64,000 nt of DNA from Vicinamibacterales bacterium (GTDB lineage: Bacteria > Acidobacteriota > Vicinamibacteria > Vicinamibacterales > UBA8438), in contig OZ252219.1 of NCBI GenBank assembly GCA_965249105.1, positions 4,823,108 to 4,887,107 on the forward strand. The letters are read 5' to 3'. The translations under genes were made by a program, and so were the position numbers. Below are positions 20,366 through 30,359 of the stretch, piece after piece. Under the pieces are notes generated by a model. The model was not told the DNA's origin. It saw only the letters and a program-made list of their open reading frames with translations, and did no database searches. Every line of letters starts with the position of its first letter. The stretch's first letter is position 1.

Positions 20366-22060
20366 CTAGTCCAGGAGCTCTACTCGGGTAATCCTGGCTG
20401 TCCGCTTGTTCGTCATCCAGAGAACGACCGCCTCGGTCGTCGGGTCGTACGCGATCTTCTTCGTGTCGAACTCCGTCGGCATCTGATACTCGATCACGTC
20501 TCCCGTCCGGGGATCCAGACGCAGCAGACGTTCGGACATATTGCTCGGTGCATAGACGTACCCATTTCTGTCTGGCACCGTTGCGGTGTACGGCGTCGAG
20601 TACTCGGGAACGTTCCACCGTCGAACCTCCTGCGTACGTGTGTCGAACCTGAAGATCTTATCGTTCAGGTACTCTCCGTACCAGAGGCGATCCTCGTCGT
20701 CGATTCGACCACGCCGCGCGCTCAACCCCTCGATCGGAAACCAACTCACCTCGCCCGTCTCGGCATCGACCCCGATCACGCCGCCGGGTCCCCGGTTCGT
20801 GGCCATCCAGGCGTTGCCTTGCGAATCGACCCGGCTATTGCTCGCGTACGGCGATGCGCCCTCGGGCACGTCGTCGCTATAGTCGAAGTTCGCGTCGACT
20901 TCCATCGTATCGGGATTGATACGTGTGAACCCAGTCCAAATCTTGCCGTCTGGGCCGCGGGCCAGGAATTGGCCCCCGGTGCCCTCGACCCGGCTGATTT
21001 CCTCGGTCTCCGGGTCGAACTTGGTCATTACGGTGCCGCTCCCGGAGATCCGCATCGGGAACCACACGTTGTCGTCCAGATCCATCTGCACATCCCGAGT
21101 GCCAGGCACATCGCCTGGGTTCACCGGCGGAAGCTCGTACTCGGTGAAGGTCGCAGTGCTGGGAACCAGCTTGCCGATCATCTGGCGGCTCTCGTCCGTG
21201 TACCAGATGACGCCGTTCGAATCGATATCCATGTCATGCGCCACGGTGCCCGGCGTGGGCAGGTCGTACTCGGTCACGATGACGCGGGTCGCTTGTCCAC
21301 TCGGCCGGGGCAGCGTTTGTAGCTCGTAGTCCCAGGTCTGCTTCCCGCCGCTGAGGTTGGCTGCCGCGAGCAGCCGTGCCAGCTCGGTTTTGGGGATACC
21401 CGGGACGAACCCCCAGTCTGGTGGCGCGAGAAAGGCCTGCTGTCCGGCCTCGGTGTTCTTGACCGCACGACCACGGCGGCCATCGTTACTGGACGCTGCA
21501 CCATCGGGGTAGTACGTGCCCATTCGCTGGATCACCGGCAGGAAACGTTCAGCGGTGTGCCGTGAGCGCATGATCCGCTGATAGGTATGACAGTAGGCGC
21601 AGCTGAGTAGCTGGTGGACGACCTGGCTCTTCTCTTCCGGCGTGGCCGGCATGCTCATCGCCCACTCGCGCGACGAGAGTTGCCCACCAAGATCGGTCGT
21701 TACCTCGAGTTCCAGATCTGTCGGCGCCGGGTGCGCGGCCTCGATCGTCACAGTTCCGGGACCGACCAGGTCGTACCCCACGGCACGTGTTGTGAGTGTG
21801 TACTGGCCTGGCTCGAGATGTGTGCGCGGGAAACGGTAGGTGCCGGATGCGTCGCTGACCACTGACACCGTGTAGATTGAGCCGTCGCCCCGGGCCGTCA
21901 CGACGACACCCTCCATCGGACCTTCAGCGCTCGACGCAACCACGCCGGTCAGCGCGATAGCATCGTCCGATTGAGCACGCACCTGCTCGGACACGACGTG
22001 TACACACGCCAGCACCAGCGCAGCACTCCCGATCGAGAGCAGCTTGGGACCGACCGTCAT
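20366..22060 (-). CDS. carboxypeptidase-regulatory-like domain + heme c + Vgb (streptogramin lyase-like) beta-propeller protein
   Basis: VVSDASGTYRFP, CAYCH, repeated DxxGxIW/VW blades. Confidence 0.8.
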   Translation of the reverse strand: MTVGPKLLSIGSAALVLACVHVVSEQVRAQSDDAIALTGVVASSAEGPMEGVVVTARGDGSIYTVSVVSDASGTYRFPRTHLEPGQYTLTTRAVGYDLVGPGTVTIEAAHPAPTDLELEVTTDLGGQLSSREWAMSMPATPEEKSQVVHQLLSCAYCHTYQRIMRSRHTAERFLPVIQRMGTYYPDGAASSNDGRRGRAVKNTEAGQQAFLAPPDWGFVPGIPKTELARLLAAANLSGGKQTWDYELQTLPRPSGQATRVIVTEYDLPTPGTVAHDMDIDSNGVIWYTDESRQMIGKLVPSTATFTEYELPPVNPGDVPGTRDVQMDLDDNVWFPMRISGSGTVMTKFDPETEEISRVEGTGGQFLARGPDGKIWTGFTRINPDTMEVDANFDYSDDVPEGASPYASNSRVDSQGNAWMATNRGPGGVIGVDAETGEVSWFPIEGLSARRGRIDDEDRLWYGEYLNDKIFRFDTRTQEVRRWNVPEYSTPYTATVPDRNGYVYAPSNMSERLLRLDPRTGDVIEYQMPTEFDTKKIAYDPTTEAVVLWMTNKRTARITRVELLD

Positions 22061-22136
22061 CGTTCTATCGGTGCGGGTGAGCCGGTCGGCTCACCCGCCC
22101 GCTACATGTGCTAGCGCGCCGCCGCGTGAACGTCCT

Positions 22137-25100
22137 TTACCAGTCGAGCGTGGCGGTCCACTTGAAGAACCGTCCACCGAGAATGCCCTGGGGGGACAGG
22201 TAGGTGGCATCGAATACCTGCCGAGACCCCAACACCGGCCGGGCGTTAAAGACATTATACAACTCTCCGGCGGCGATAAGCCGAAGTCCCCCGATGATGA
22301 TCGCGCGGCTCAGCTTCAAGTCCAGTTGCGTGATCCGATCGTCTTGTCGCGTTCGGTTCGGGATGAGGTTGATCTCCGCGGTCACCGGGCACGCGGCACC
22401 GCTCAGCCCAGTGCAGCCAGTCAGGGGGCGCCCCAGCGAGGGCTCCAGATCCACGTTCGGGACGAACAGCTCGGCCCCGATATCGACGCCAGGGCTGGTG
22501 TAGAAGTTCCCGCTGAGCATGAAGTCCTGCGGCAGCGGGTAGAGCGCTTGGAACTTGATCTGCGTCGACTGAGAATTCCAGATGCTGGGCGCCGACCTGC
22601 AGTAGTCGTCGTTGCGGATCGTCGCGAACGGGACGCTCGTAGCGGCGTTCACACCGGGGTCCAGGCTGGATGCGCCGGGGGTGAACGTTCCCGAGGCTTC
22701 ACCGCCGCTCACCTGCGGGAGATTGTTCGCCCAGCACTCATCGTTGACGCGGCGACCAATCGTCACGCCCCCACCTACGTACACTCCGTTCATGAGGCTC
22801 ACGTCGAGAGCGATATCCACGCCGTTGTACTCGAATTTCGGACCGTCGCCTGAGCCTGGGATGTCCTGCCACGGAATCCTCACGATTTCGTTGCGTCCCA
22901 ACGAATCCGCGTTCCGGTCGAAGATGCCGGTGATCACCGCACCGCTGCGGTCACCCAGTCGTGGATCCGTCGGCGCGGTGATGCTACCCACGGCAAAGTC
23001 GGCAGCTGTGAGTGCTCGGTTCCAGTTGTATTGCGTGTTGTGCCAGCTGTTCCGGAAATAGCTGACGCTCAGACTCACGCTGCGAGTCAGCTCGCGCTGG
23101 ACGCCGACTGAAAGCTGATTGCTATACGCTCGATTGCCCCAGCCCGTGTTCCCCTCCCACGGGTTGGTGCTCACCGGTCTACGGAGATCCTCGACACCGA
23201 CGCCGATCGTCGCACCGCACTCGCCATTCGCTGCGGAGACCGTCAGGTCACACTGCGGGATGTAGTCGCCCGTGACTTCGTTACCCGTCTGCGGGGCTCC
23301 GAAGGCACCCGCGGCGGCCGGCCCGTTGTCGAACCACAAACGATTGAGTGTCTCGATACGGGCGGTGGCAGGATCGAGCTCTCGTCCCACGCCTGCCCCC
23401 ATCCCCATCATGTACCGGCCCCACGAGGCCTTGAGGGCTGTCTTGCCGTCGCCCTGGAGGTCATAGACCACTCCCAGCCGCGGCGAGATGTCGTGGTACT
23501 TCGGAATGTCCTTGAGCCCCGGGGACTGCACCTCTTGGACAAACGGCTGATGGACGCTCCCGTCGCTCAGGGTATAGGGATCCGGCACCCCAAGCGTGAC
23601 TGGGTTGGCGAACGCATGGAAGTACTCGTACCGCAGACCGAGGTTGAGCGTCATCCGGTCGATAGTCCAATGGTCCTGCGCAAAGAAAGCGAAGCTGCGC
23701 GTGCGCATGTTGCTGATGATCGGGGTTGCGTACTGGGTGATTTGGAGAGGTCCGCCGGCGGGATTGACCGGTGTCGGGAAGAAGAGGTACGAGATCGGTT
23801 CTCGCGTTGGTGTCCCTTCTGCCTGGTCAACCCGGCCGAACAGCCCGTCGACGCCGACCTTGAAGTTGTGAGTGCCGGTCACATACGCGACCGACGCGCG
23901 GTAGCTGTGCGTGTCGAATGGGCTCCCGACCTCGTAGGTTCCGACCGTTCCATCAACCGGGTTCTGGTTGAAGATGGGGCGTTTCGACAGAGGATCGACG
24001 ATCCGGATACGGCCCGCGCCAACCGGCGCAGGGTCGGAATTCGAGGAAAAGACCTCCTGGAGCACCGACGATACGCCGGCCTGAAACAACAGGTTGTTGG
24101 TGACCGGCGCGGTCCAGCTCGTCTGCGACAACCACATCCCACCACCACCGCCTAGTCGGTCCGTCCCATAACCAAACTCGGCCACCGCCGAGGGCGCGGA
24201 CGGATCTCCAAGCGACGTCGTGAGTTTGCAGCCACACCCTTGCTGCCAGCGCACTGTCTGGGACAGCCTGTGTTTCGGTGCCGCCTGAATCGTGAACCGC
24301 GACCCGTAGTCTTTCTGCCACAGAGCGGTGAACGCCGGACGGGTTCGGTCCTCCTCGTATCGCCAGAAGTCAGTCGATTTGTTGAAGAAGTTGTCGGCTG
24401 CGTTTGATTCGCCGCCCCAGTCTCGGCCTGAGGCATAGAACCACACGCGGTTTCTCACGAGCGGTCCGCCTACGCCGAGACCCAAGTCCCAGACCCTCTT
24501 GTGGAAAAGAGACTCGGTCAGCTGGCCGTTCGACCGGTCGACCACCGAGTCGGGGAGTGCGGACGTGCCGAATCCTCCGGGGTTGGCCGTGAGAAAGCTG
24601 TGAAACGAGAAGACGTTGGCGCCGTCACGCGGGATCATGTTGATGTTGGCGCCCCCGGTGGCGGCGTCTGCGTTGCCACCGCCGATGTCGACCGTGATCT
24701 CCTGAACGCTGATCGTGTTGAACTTCCAGATCCGCATTTGGCCGCCGCCATCGAACAGTTGGATGTTCGTGTTCATGCCGTCATAGGTAGCCCGGCTCTG
24801 TCCGCCCAAGGACCCGTGGACGCTCAGACCGGTGTTGATTTCAGCAAAGGCCCCGCCGACATCCTGGCGATCGGTATTTCCCTGACTCACTCCCAGCATG
24901 GCCTTCCCGAGCCCCGTGTAGTCGCGGGCGCCGGTTGGCAGCGCTTCGAGTGTTTCCAGCGTCTGCGACCGTTGCTCGCGCACGTTGATGACGTCGACCC
25001 TCGGGGTCCCGCTGACCGTGACCGTCTCTTGGACACCACCGACTGCCAGCGTGGCGTTGGCCGTCGTCGCGACGAGGGCTCTCGCCTCGAGACCTTCGAG

Positions 25101-25406
25101 CACGACGGTCGAGAAGCCAGACAGCGAGAACGTAACCGTGTACTCACCGACCGGAAGAGCCGTCAGATTGAACCGTCCTTCGGGACCCGTGGTCGTCTCT
25201 CGGGGCGTCAGCAGACAGTCGCAGTCAGCCAAGACGCCGACACCGGGCATCAGGCCGCCGGTCTCATCTTCGACACGGCCGGTCAGCTGAGCGTTCGGCT
25301 GGGCCCATGCCGCGGGTGCACCCAGGGCGAGCAGCGTCACGGCCACTACGATCGTCCTGGTGAGTGTTCTTTGAGATCTTGCTCGGACTACGTTTCTGTG
25401 TCGCAT
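22137..25406 (-). CDS. TonB-dependent receptor-like (Oar-type) outer-membrane protein
   Basis: Signal peptide, carboxypeptidase-regulatory-like domain, plug-like region, TLNLGLRYE, C-terminal aromatic (ATLDW); start refined to MRHRN. Confidence 0.85.
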   Translation of the reverse strand: MRHRNVVRARSQRTLTRTIVVAVTLLALGAPAAWAQPNAQLTGRVEDETGGLMPGVGVLADCDCLLTPRETTTGPEGRFNLTALPVGEYTVTFSLSGFSTVVLEGLEARALVATTANATLAVGGVQETVTVSGTPRVDVINVREQRSQTLETLEALPTGARDYTGLGKAMLGVSQGNTDRQDVGGAFAEINTGLSVHGSLGGQSRATYDGMNTNIQLFDGGGQMRIWKFNTISVQEITVDIGGGNADAATGGANINMIPRDGANVFSFHSFLTANPGGFGTSALPDSVVDRSNGQLTESLFHKRVWDLGLGVGGPLVRNRVWFYASGRDWGGESNAADNFFNKSTDFWRYEEDRTRPAFTALWQKDYGSRFTIQAAPKHRLSQTVRWQQGCGCKLTTSLGDPSAPSAVAEFGYGTDRLGGGGGMWLSQTSWTAPVTNNLLFQAGVSSVLQEVFSSNSDPAPVGAGRIRIVDPLSKRPIFNQNPVDGTVGTYEVGSPFDTHSYRASVAYVTGTHNFKVGVDGLFGRVDQAEGTPTREPISYLFFPTPVNPAGGPLQITQYATPIISNMRTRSFAFFAQDHWTIDRMTLNLGLRYEYFHAFANPVTLGVPDPYTLSDGSVHQPFVQEVQSPGLKDIPKYHDISPRLGVVYDLQGDGKTALKASWGRYMMGMGAGVGRELDPATARIETLNRLWFDNGPAAAGAFGAPQTGNEVTGDYIPQCDLTVSAANGECGATIGVGVEDLRRPVSTNPWEGNTGWGNRAYSNQLSVGVQRELTRSVSLSVSYFRNSWHNTQYNWNRALTAADFAVGSITAPTDPRLGDRSGAVITGIFDRNADSLGRNEIVRIPWQDIPGSGDGPKFEYNGVDIALDVSLMNGVYVGGGVTIGRRVNDECWANNLPQVSGGEASGTFTPGASSLDPGVNAATSVPFATIRNDDYCRSAPSIWNSQSTQIKFQALYPLPQDFMLSGNFYTSPGVDIGAELFVPNVDLEPSLGRPLTGCTGLSGAACPVTAEINLIPNRTRQDDRITQLDLKLSRAIIIGGLRLIAAGELYNVFNARPVLGSRQVFDATYLSPQGILGGRFFKWTATLDW

Positions 25407-25508
25407 GTGAACAGGCTCCCCTCTCGGGTGATAGAAAGCACGAAACGACGGCAATTTGAGTATGAGAATGTACCCGGCTGTCATGTCAATCCGATAGTGA
25501 AAGGGTGG

Positions 25509-26681
25509 CTATAGGTCAGATGCTTCAGACCAGCTGTACGCGTAGCCCACGTCTTCGAGCGCGATCGCCTGCGTCGTCATCTTCAGTGGTCGGAACGTGT
25601 CGATCATCACCGCAAGCTCCTCGGTGCGCTCTTTCCCGATCGAGCCTTCGTACAGCCCTGGGTGCGGACCGTGTGGAATACCGTTCGGGTGGATCGTAAA
25701 CGCTGCCGGCTCGATTCCCTTGCGCGACATGAATTTTCCGGCGACGTAGTACAGCACCTCATCCGAGTCGACGTTGGAGTGGTTATAGGGCGCTGGAATC
25801 GAGAGAGGGTGGTAGTCGAAAAGCCGAGGCACGAAGGAACACAAGACGAAGCCAGGTCCCTCGAACGTTTGATGCACTGGTGGCGGCTGATGTACGCGAC
25901 CGGTGATCGGCTCGAAGTCGCTGATGTTAAAGGCATACGGCCAGAGGTGCCCATCCCACCCGACCACGTCCAGTGGATGATGGCGGTAGTGATAGCGGGC
26001 GATTCGGCCACGCGCCTTTACCCTGACCTCGTATTCACCTTCTTCATCATGGGTGACGAGAGTGTCTGGTGGACGGATGTCGCGCTCGGCGTAGGGGGCA
26101 TGTTCGACGAACTGCCCGTAGTTGTTGAGGTAGCGTTTTGGCGGTTCGACGTGGCCACCGCTGCTTTCGACGACGAGCATCCGCTGCGCCACGCCGTCAT
26201 CCGGGAGAATCCGCCACAGGACGCCGGTCGGAATCACCAGGTAGTCGCCCGGACCGTACTTCAAAGTCCCGAACTGACTCTCCAGCACGCCTGAGCCGTC
26301 GTGGACGAAGATCACCTCGTCGCCCTGCGCGTACCGATACCAGTAGCTCATGGGCTCAACGGGCCTGACCACCGAGATGCACACATCGTCGTTGGCCAGC
26401 AGTGGCACGCGTCCTCCGACCGCATCCCCGCTCGGGGTGAGCTCAATCGTTCGCAGGAGGCGGTGCCGAACGGGGCCTTGTTCGGCGAAAGGAATCTCGA
26501 CGCTGCACCCGTCCTCTATGCGCTGAACCTCGGTGGGGGGACGGAGGTGATAGAGCAGCGACTGAATCCCGGTGAAGCCGCGAGTGCCCATCAGCTCCTC
26601 GTGGTACAGTGAGCCGTTGGGCTGTCGAAACTGCGTATGACGCTTGTGCGGAACCGTCCCGAGCTTGCAGTAGTAGCTCAT
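25509..26681 (-). CDS. hmgA: homogentisate 1,2-dioxygenase (short type)
   Basis: PHKRH, HQPPPVH, HSNVDSDEVLYY, HPxGIPHGPHPG, ELAVMIDTF. Confidence 0.9.
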   Translation of the reverse strand: MSYYCKLGTVPHKRHTQFRQPNGSLYHEELMGTRGFTGIQSLLYHLRPPTEVQRIEDGCSVEIPFAEQGPVRHRLLRTIELTPSGDAVGGRVPLLANDDVCISVVRPVEPMSYWYRYAQGDEVIFVHDGSGVLESQFGTLKYGPGDYLVIPTGVLWRILPDDGVAQRMLVVESSGGHVEPPKRYLNNYGQFVEHAPYAERDIRPPDTLVTHDEEGEYEVRVKARGRIARYHYRHHPLDVVGWDGHLWPYAFNISDFEPITGRVHQPPPVHQTFEGPGFVLCSFVPRLFDYHPLSIPAPYNHSNVDSDEVLYYVAGKFMSRKGIEPAAFTIHPNGIPHGPHPGLYEGSIGKERTEELAVMIDTFRPLKMTTQAIALEDVGYAYSWSEASDL

Positions 26682-26766
26682 CGCCACCCCATCCTCACCG
26701 CGGCATCTACGATGTTGTCGAGCATACAGGTTACAACGTTTCGGGCCGCGAATCGCCGAGGCCGTT

Positions 26767-26782
26767 TGGCACGGTTTGAGCT
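26767..26782 (+). promoter_or_regulatory. possible sigma-54 (-24/-12) promoter for the fahA operon
   Basis: TGGCACGGTTTGAGCT has GG-N10-GC spacing; -12 element imperfect. Confidence 0.35.
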
Positions 26783-26785
26783 GTC

Positions 26786-27691
26786 GTGACAACTCGGGTG
26801 GGAGTCGAATCGGCCGTGCGAAGTCTCCTCGAGTCGGCGGTTGACTACGCGGGGATGTTCCCTCCCGCGAAGCTCACGCTCACAGAGGCGGCGAGCCAAT
26901 ACGCGAGCGCTCACGCCGGAATGCACAGCTGGTTGCTGGGGCGATTCCTCCTTTCCCTCGGGAGGCTTGAGGATTTCGGAGACGTGGTGGAGGCCTCAAT
27001 GCCCGCACGGGGCAGCTCAGTGTGGCCCGTAGGCGTGATTGCGACGGACGACCGGCTGGGGCAACTCGACGCAATCCAGCGATTCAATGAACGATGGACC
27101 GGCTCGCTGAGTGTGGAGGCGGTGGAGATCGCACCCCTATCCCGGTCCAGGGTTGGCGAGGTGGCCGGACAGGTGCCGGAGGGCGTCGACGTGTACTTCG
27201 AAGTCCGTCCAGACGAAGATGTCGGCACCTACCTCGAGGTGGTCGCAGCCGCCGGCGCCGGCGCGAAGATCCGCACGGGGGGAGTCACCGCCGATGCCTT
27301 TCCCAGCACGAGTACCCTCGCGGAGTTCATTGCGTCCTGCGCCAACGCCCGAGTGCCGTTCAAGGCCACTGCCGGCCTGCATCACGCCCTGCGAGGCCCC
27401 TATCCGCTTACGCCGTCGTTGGACAACACGACCACCATGCATGGTTTCCTCAACCTATCTGTGGCGGCGGCGCTCGTGCAGGTGGAGCAGGCGGACCTGA
27501 GCGAGGTCCGTGCGGCGCTGGACGAAACGTCTACTGATGCGTTCAGGTTTCGGTCTGGTCAGCTGACGTGGCGCGATCGCACTCTCGCCGCCGCGAACCT
27601 TATCGAGACCCGCCAACGCTCCTTCAACTCGTTCGGCTCGTGTTCGTTCGATGAGCCGGTCGCAGACCTCGAAGCATTGGGGATGCTGTGA
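26786..27691 (+). CDS. conserved hypothetical enzyme co-transcribed with fahA
   Basis: VDYAGMFPPA, KIRTGG, FKATAGLHH, HGFLN, SFGSCSFDEP; GTGA overlap with fahA; start uncertain. Confidence 0.75.
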   Translation: MTTRVGVESAVRSLLESAVDYAGMFPPAKLTLTEAASQYASAHAGMHSWLLGRFLLSLGRLEDFGDVVEASMPARGSSVWPVGVIATDDRLGQLDAIQRFNERWTGSLSVEAVEIAPLSRSRVGEVAGQVPEGVDVYFEVRPDEDVGTYLEVVAAAGAGAKIRTGGVTADAFPSTSTLAEFIASCANARVPFKATAGLHHALRGPYPLTPSLDNTTTMHGFLNLSVAAALVQVEQADLSEVRAALDETSTDAFRFRSGQLTWRDRTLAAANLIETRQRSFNSFGSCSFDEPVADLEALGML

Positions 27692-29004
27692 CGCGACCTG
27701 TCGACGCGACCCATGACCCGACTCTCCGCAGCTGGGTCGAATCGGCCAACCAATCGGGTGCCGACTTCCCGATTCAGAATCTCCCGTTCGGGATCTTTCG
27801 TCGCTCGGGCGCCCATGAGAGGTGTCGAGTCGGTGTTGCGATCGGTGATCAGGTGGTCGACCTTGCCCAGTGCGGTGAGAGTGGGCTCCTCGAAGGACTG
27901 TCCCCGCAGCTGGTTTCGGCGACTTCGGCGTCCTCTCTCAACGCTCTCCTGGCGGCCGGGCCTGGCGCTGCCTCGGACCTTCGGCGGCGACTGAGCACGA
28001 TTCTGGATGCCAACGCACCAACCCCTGAACCGCGAATCCTCGTCTCGCTCGCGGAGGTGGAACTGGGGCTCCCCGTGGATGTCGGTGACTACAGCGACTT
28101 CTACGCCTCGATCTTCCACGCGACGAACGTTGGCAAGCTGTTTCGCCCCGACAACCCTCTGTTACCGAATTTTCGACACGTACCGATCGCGTATCACGGG
28201 CGAACGTCCTCAATCATTGTCAGCGGTACCGAGGTCACTCGGCCGTGCGGCCAGTCGAAGCCGGCCGACGCGGACCGTCCGTCGTTTGGGCCCTCCCAGC
28301 GTCTGGACTACGAGCTCGAGATCGGGTTCTACGCGGGTTCTGGCAACTCGCTTGGCCGGCCGGTGCCGATCGATAAAGCTGAGGACCATGTCTTCGGCCT
28401 GTCTTTGCTCAACGATTGGTCGGCACGGGATCTTCAGCTGTGGGAGTACCAACCACTCGGCCCGTTTCTGTCCAAGAGCTTCGCGACCAGCGTTGCGCCA
28501 TGGGTCGTAACCCTGGACGCCCTCGCGCCGTTTCGGTGCCCGGCGTTTGTTCGGCGGGACGATGATCCGCAGCCACTACCCTATCTGTCCTCCACCCGAA
28601 ACACGACAGCGGGTGGTCTCGACCTCAAGGTGGAAGCGTTGCTGCGCTCGGCCGAGATGCGTCGCCAGGGCCTGGACCCGTACCGGGTCAGTGCAGGTTC
28701 GACTCGGGAGACGTTCTGGACCGTGGCGCAGATAGCGGCGCACCACACGAGCAACGGGTGCAACCTTCGCCCAGGCGATCTGTTTGCGAGTGGTACCGTC
28801 TCCGGGTCCGAAGAAGGCTCGGAAGGATGCTTGCTTGAGAAGACCAAGGGCGGCACCCGCCCGATCGAGCTGCCGACCGGAGAGCAACGCCACTTCCTTG
28901 TCGACGGTGACGAGGTCATTCTGCGTGGGTATTGCGAGCGCGAGGGGTATACGCGAATCGGGTTGGGCGAATGTGTTGGCGTGGTCCTCCCGGCCCCAGC
29001 TTGA
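27688..29004 (+). CDS. fahA: fumarylacetoacetase
   Basis: FPIQNLPFG, DYSDFYASIFHATN, YHGRTSS, LDYELE, NDWSARD, GPFLSKSF. Confidence 0.95.
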   Translation: MTRPVDATHDPTLRSWVESANQSGADFPIQNLPFGIFRRSGAHERCRVGVAIGDQVVDLAQCGESGLLEGLSPQLVSATSASSLNALLAAGPGAASDLRRRLSTILDANAPTPEPRILVSLAEVELGLPVDVGDYSDFYASIFHATNVGKLFRPDNPLLPNFRHVPIAYHGRTSSIIVSGTEVTRPCGQSKPADADRPSFGPSQRLDYELEIGFYAGSGNSLGRPVPIDKAEDHVFGLSLLNDWSARDLQLWEYQPLGPFLSKSFATSVAPWVVTLDALAPFRCPAFVRRDDDPQPLPYLSSTRNTTAGGLDLKVEALLRSAEMRRQGLDPYRVSAGSTRETFWTVAQIAAHHTSNGCNLRPGDLFASGTVSGSEEGSEGCLLEKTKGGTRPIELPTGEQRHFLVDGDEVILRGYCEREGYTRIGLGECVGVVLPAPA

Positions 29005-29021
29005 CCGGTAACTGAACAACC

Positions 29022-30359
29022 GTGACTACCATCAACGTCGCCGAACTTATCGACACGAGCGGTCTCAGCCGCTTTCAGAAGACGCTGATCCTCCTGTGCG
29101 GTCTCTGCCTGGTCATGGACGGCTTCGACGTCCAGATGATGGGATACGTGGCACCGGCGATCATCGAAGACTGGGGTTCTTCAACCTCCGAGATCGGACT
29201 GGTGATCAGTATCGGCCTCCTCGGCGTCATGCTAGGTGCTCTCATCTTCACGATGGTCGCCGATAGGATCGGACGGCGCCCGGTCCTGATTGGGGCGACC
29301 TTCTTCTTCTCCATCATGATGATCGTCACTGCGCAAGCGACGTCAGTACGGGAGTTGCTTATCCTTCGCTTCATCACTGGCATCGGCCTTGGCTGTGTAG
29401 TTCCGAATGCGACGGCCCTGGCCGGCGAGTACAGCCCCCGACGATTGCGCGTCACCGTCATGATGATCGTCTCGGTCGGTTTCACCGCCGGTGCGGCCTT
29501 CGGGGGCTTTGTCTCGGCCTGGCTGATTCCGAATTTCGGCTGGCGTTCTGTCTTCTACTTCGGCGGGGCCGTCCCGTTCGTCCTCGCCATCCTGATGACG
29601 GTGTGGGTCCCTGAGTCGCTCCAGTTCATGGTCTTGCGTGGTAAGAACCGCGGGCAGGTTGTCCGCTGGCTCAAGCGCATCGCTCCCTCGGCCCCCGTTG
29701 ATGGGGCCGAGCTCGTGGTGAACGAGAAGAGTCGAGGCGGCGTTCCCGTCCTGCACTTGTTCCGGGACGGGAGGGCCTTGGGAACGCTCCTCCTGTGGGC
29801 CGTCAACTTCACGAACATCCTCGACCTGTACGCGTTGTCGGCGTGGATCCCGACGATCGTCGAACGGGCCGGGTACACGACATCCACGGCTGTCCTCATC
29901 GGCGCCACGATGCAGTCAGCGGGAACGGTGGGGACATTTGGCCTGGCTTGGCTCATTGCGCGGCGCGGGTTCGTAGCTGTGCTCGGCGTGAGCTTCGCCA
30001 TCGCAAGCCTGAGCCTGGCTGTCACAGGGCCCTCGCTTTCATCGCTTGTCGCCCTGGTCGTGGTCGTCATCATCTCCGGGTGGTGTATCGTGGGCAGCCA
30101 GCCTGGTATCAACGCCCTTTCTGCCACGTTCTATCCGACGTCGATACGTGCAACGGGAATCGGCTGGGGCCTGGGGATCGGTCGCCTGGGCGGGTTCTTT
30201 GGCCCGTGGGTAGGAGGGCAGCTGCTTGACCAGTGGTCACCAGACGCGCTCTTTCTGCTGGCCGCCATACCGGCGCTCCTGTCGGCGGTGATCATGTTCA
30301 CGCTGGGAAACGTCCTGCCGTCGCGGCAGGTGGGCAAAGCGAGCGTGGAGGCCGCGTGA
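29022..30359 (+). CDS. MFS aromatic acid:H+ symporter (AAHS, PcaK/GenK-like)
   Basis: DGFD, ADRIGRRP, EYSPRRLR, RATGIGW.LGIGRLG. Confidence 0.9.
   Translation: MTTINVAELIDTSGLSRFQKTLILLCGLCLVMDGFDVQMMGYVAPAIIEDWGSSTSEIGLVISIGLLGVMLGALIFTMVADRIGRRPVLIGATFFFSIMMIVTAQATSVRELLILRFITGIGLGCVVPNATALAGEYSPRRLRVTVMMIVSVGFTAGAAFGGFVSAWLIPNFGWRSVFYFGGAVPFVLAILMTVWVPESLQFMVLRGKNRGQVVRWLKRIAPSAPVDGAELVVNEKSRGGVPVLHLFRDGRALGTLLLWAVNFTNILDLYALSAWIPTIVERAGYTTSTAVLIGATMQSAGTVGTFGLAWLIARRGFVAVLGVSFAIASLSLAVTGPSLSSLVALVVVVIISGWCIVGSQPGINALSATFYPTSIRATGIGWGLGIGRLGGFFGPWVGGQLLDQWSPDALFLLAAIPALLSAVIMFTLGNVLPSRQVGKASVEAA

Noticed and set aside
25407-25508. Riboswitch or sigma-70 promoter upstream of the TonB receptor
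   Set aside because: Only about 100 bp; a TTGACA is present but no -10 at 16-18 bp spacing and no recognisable aptamer
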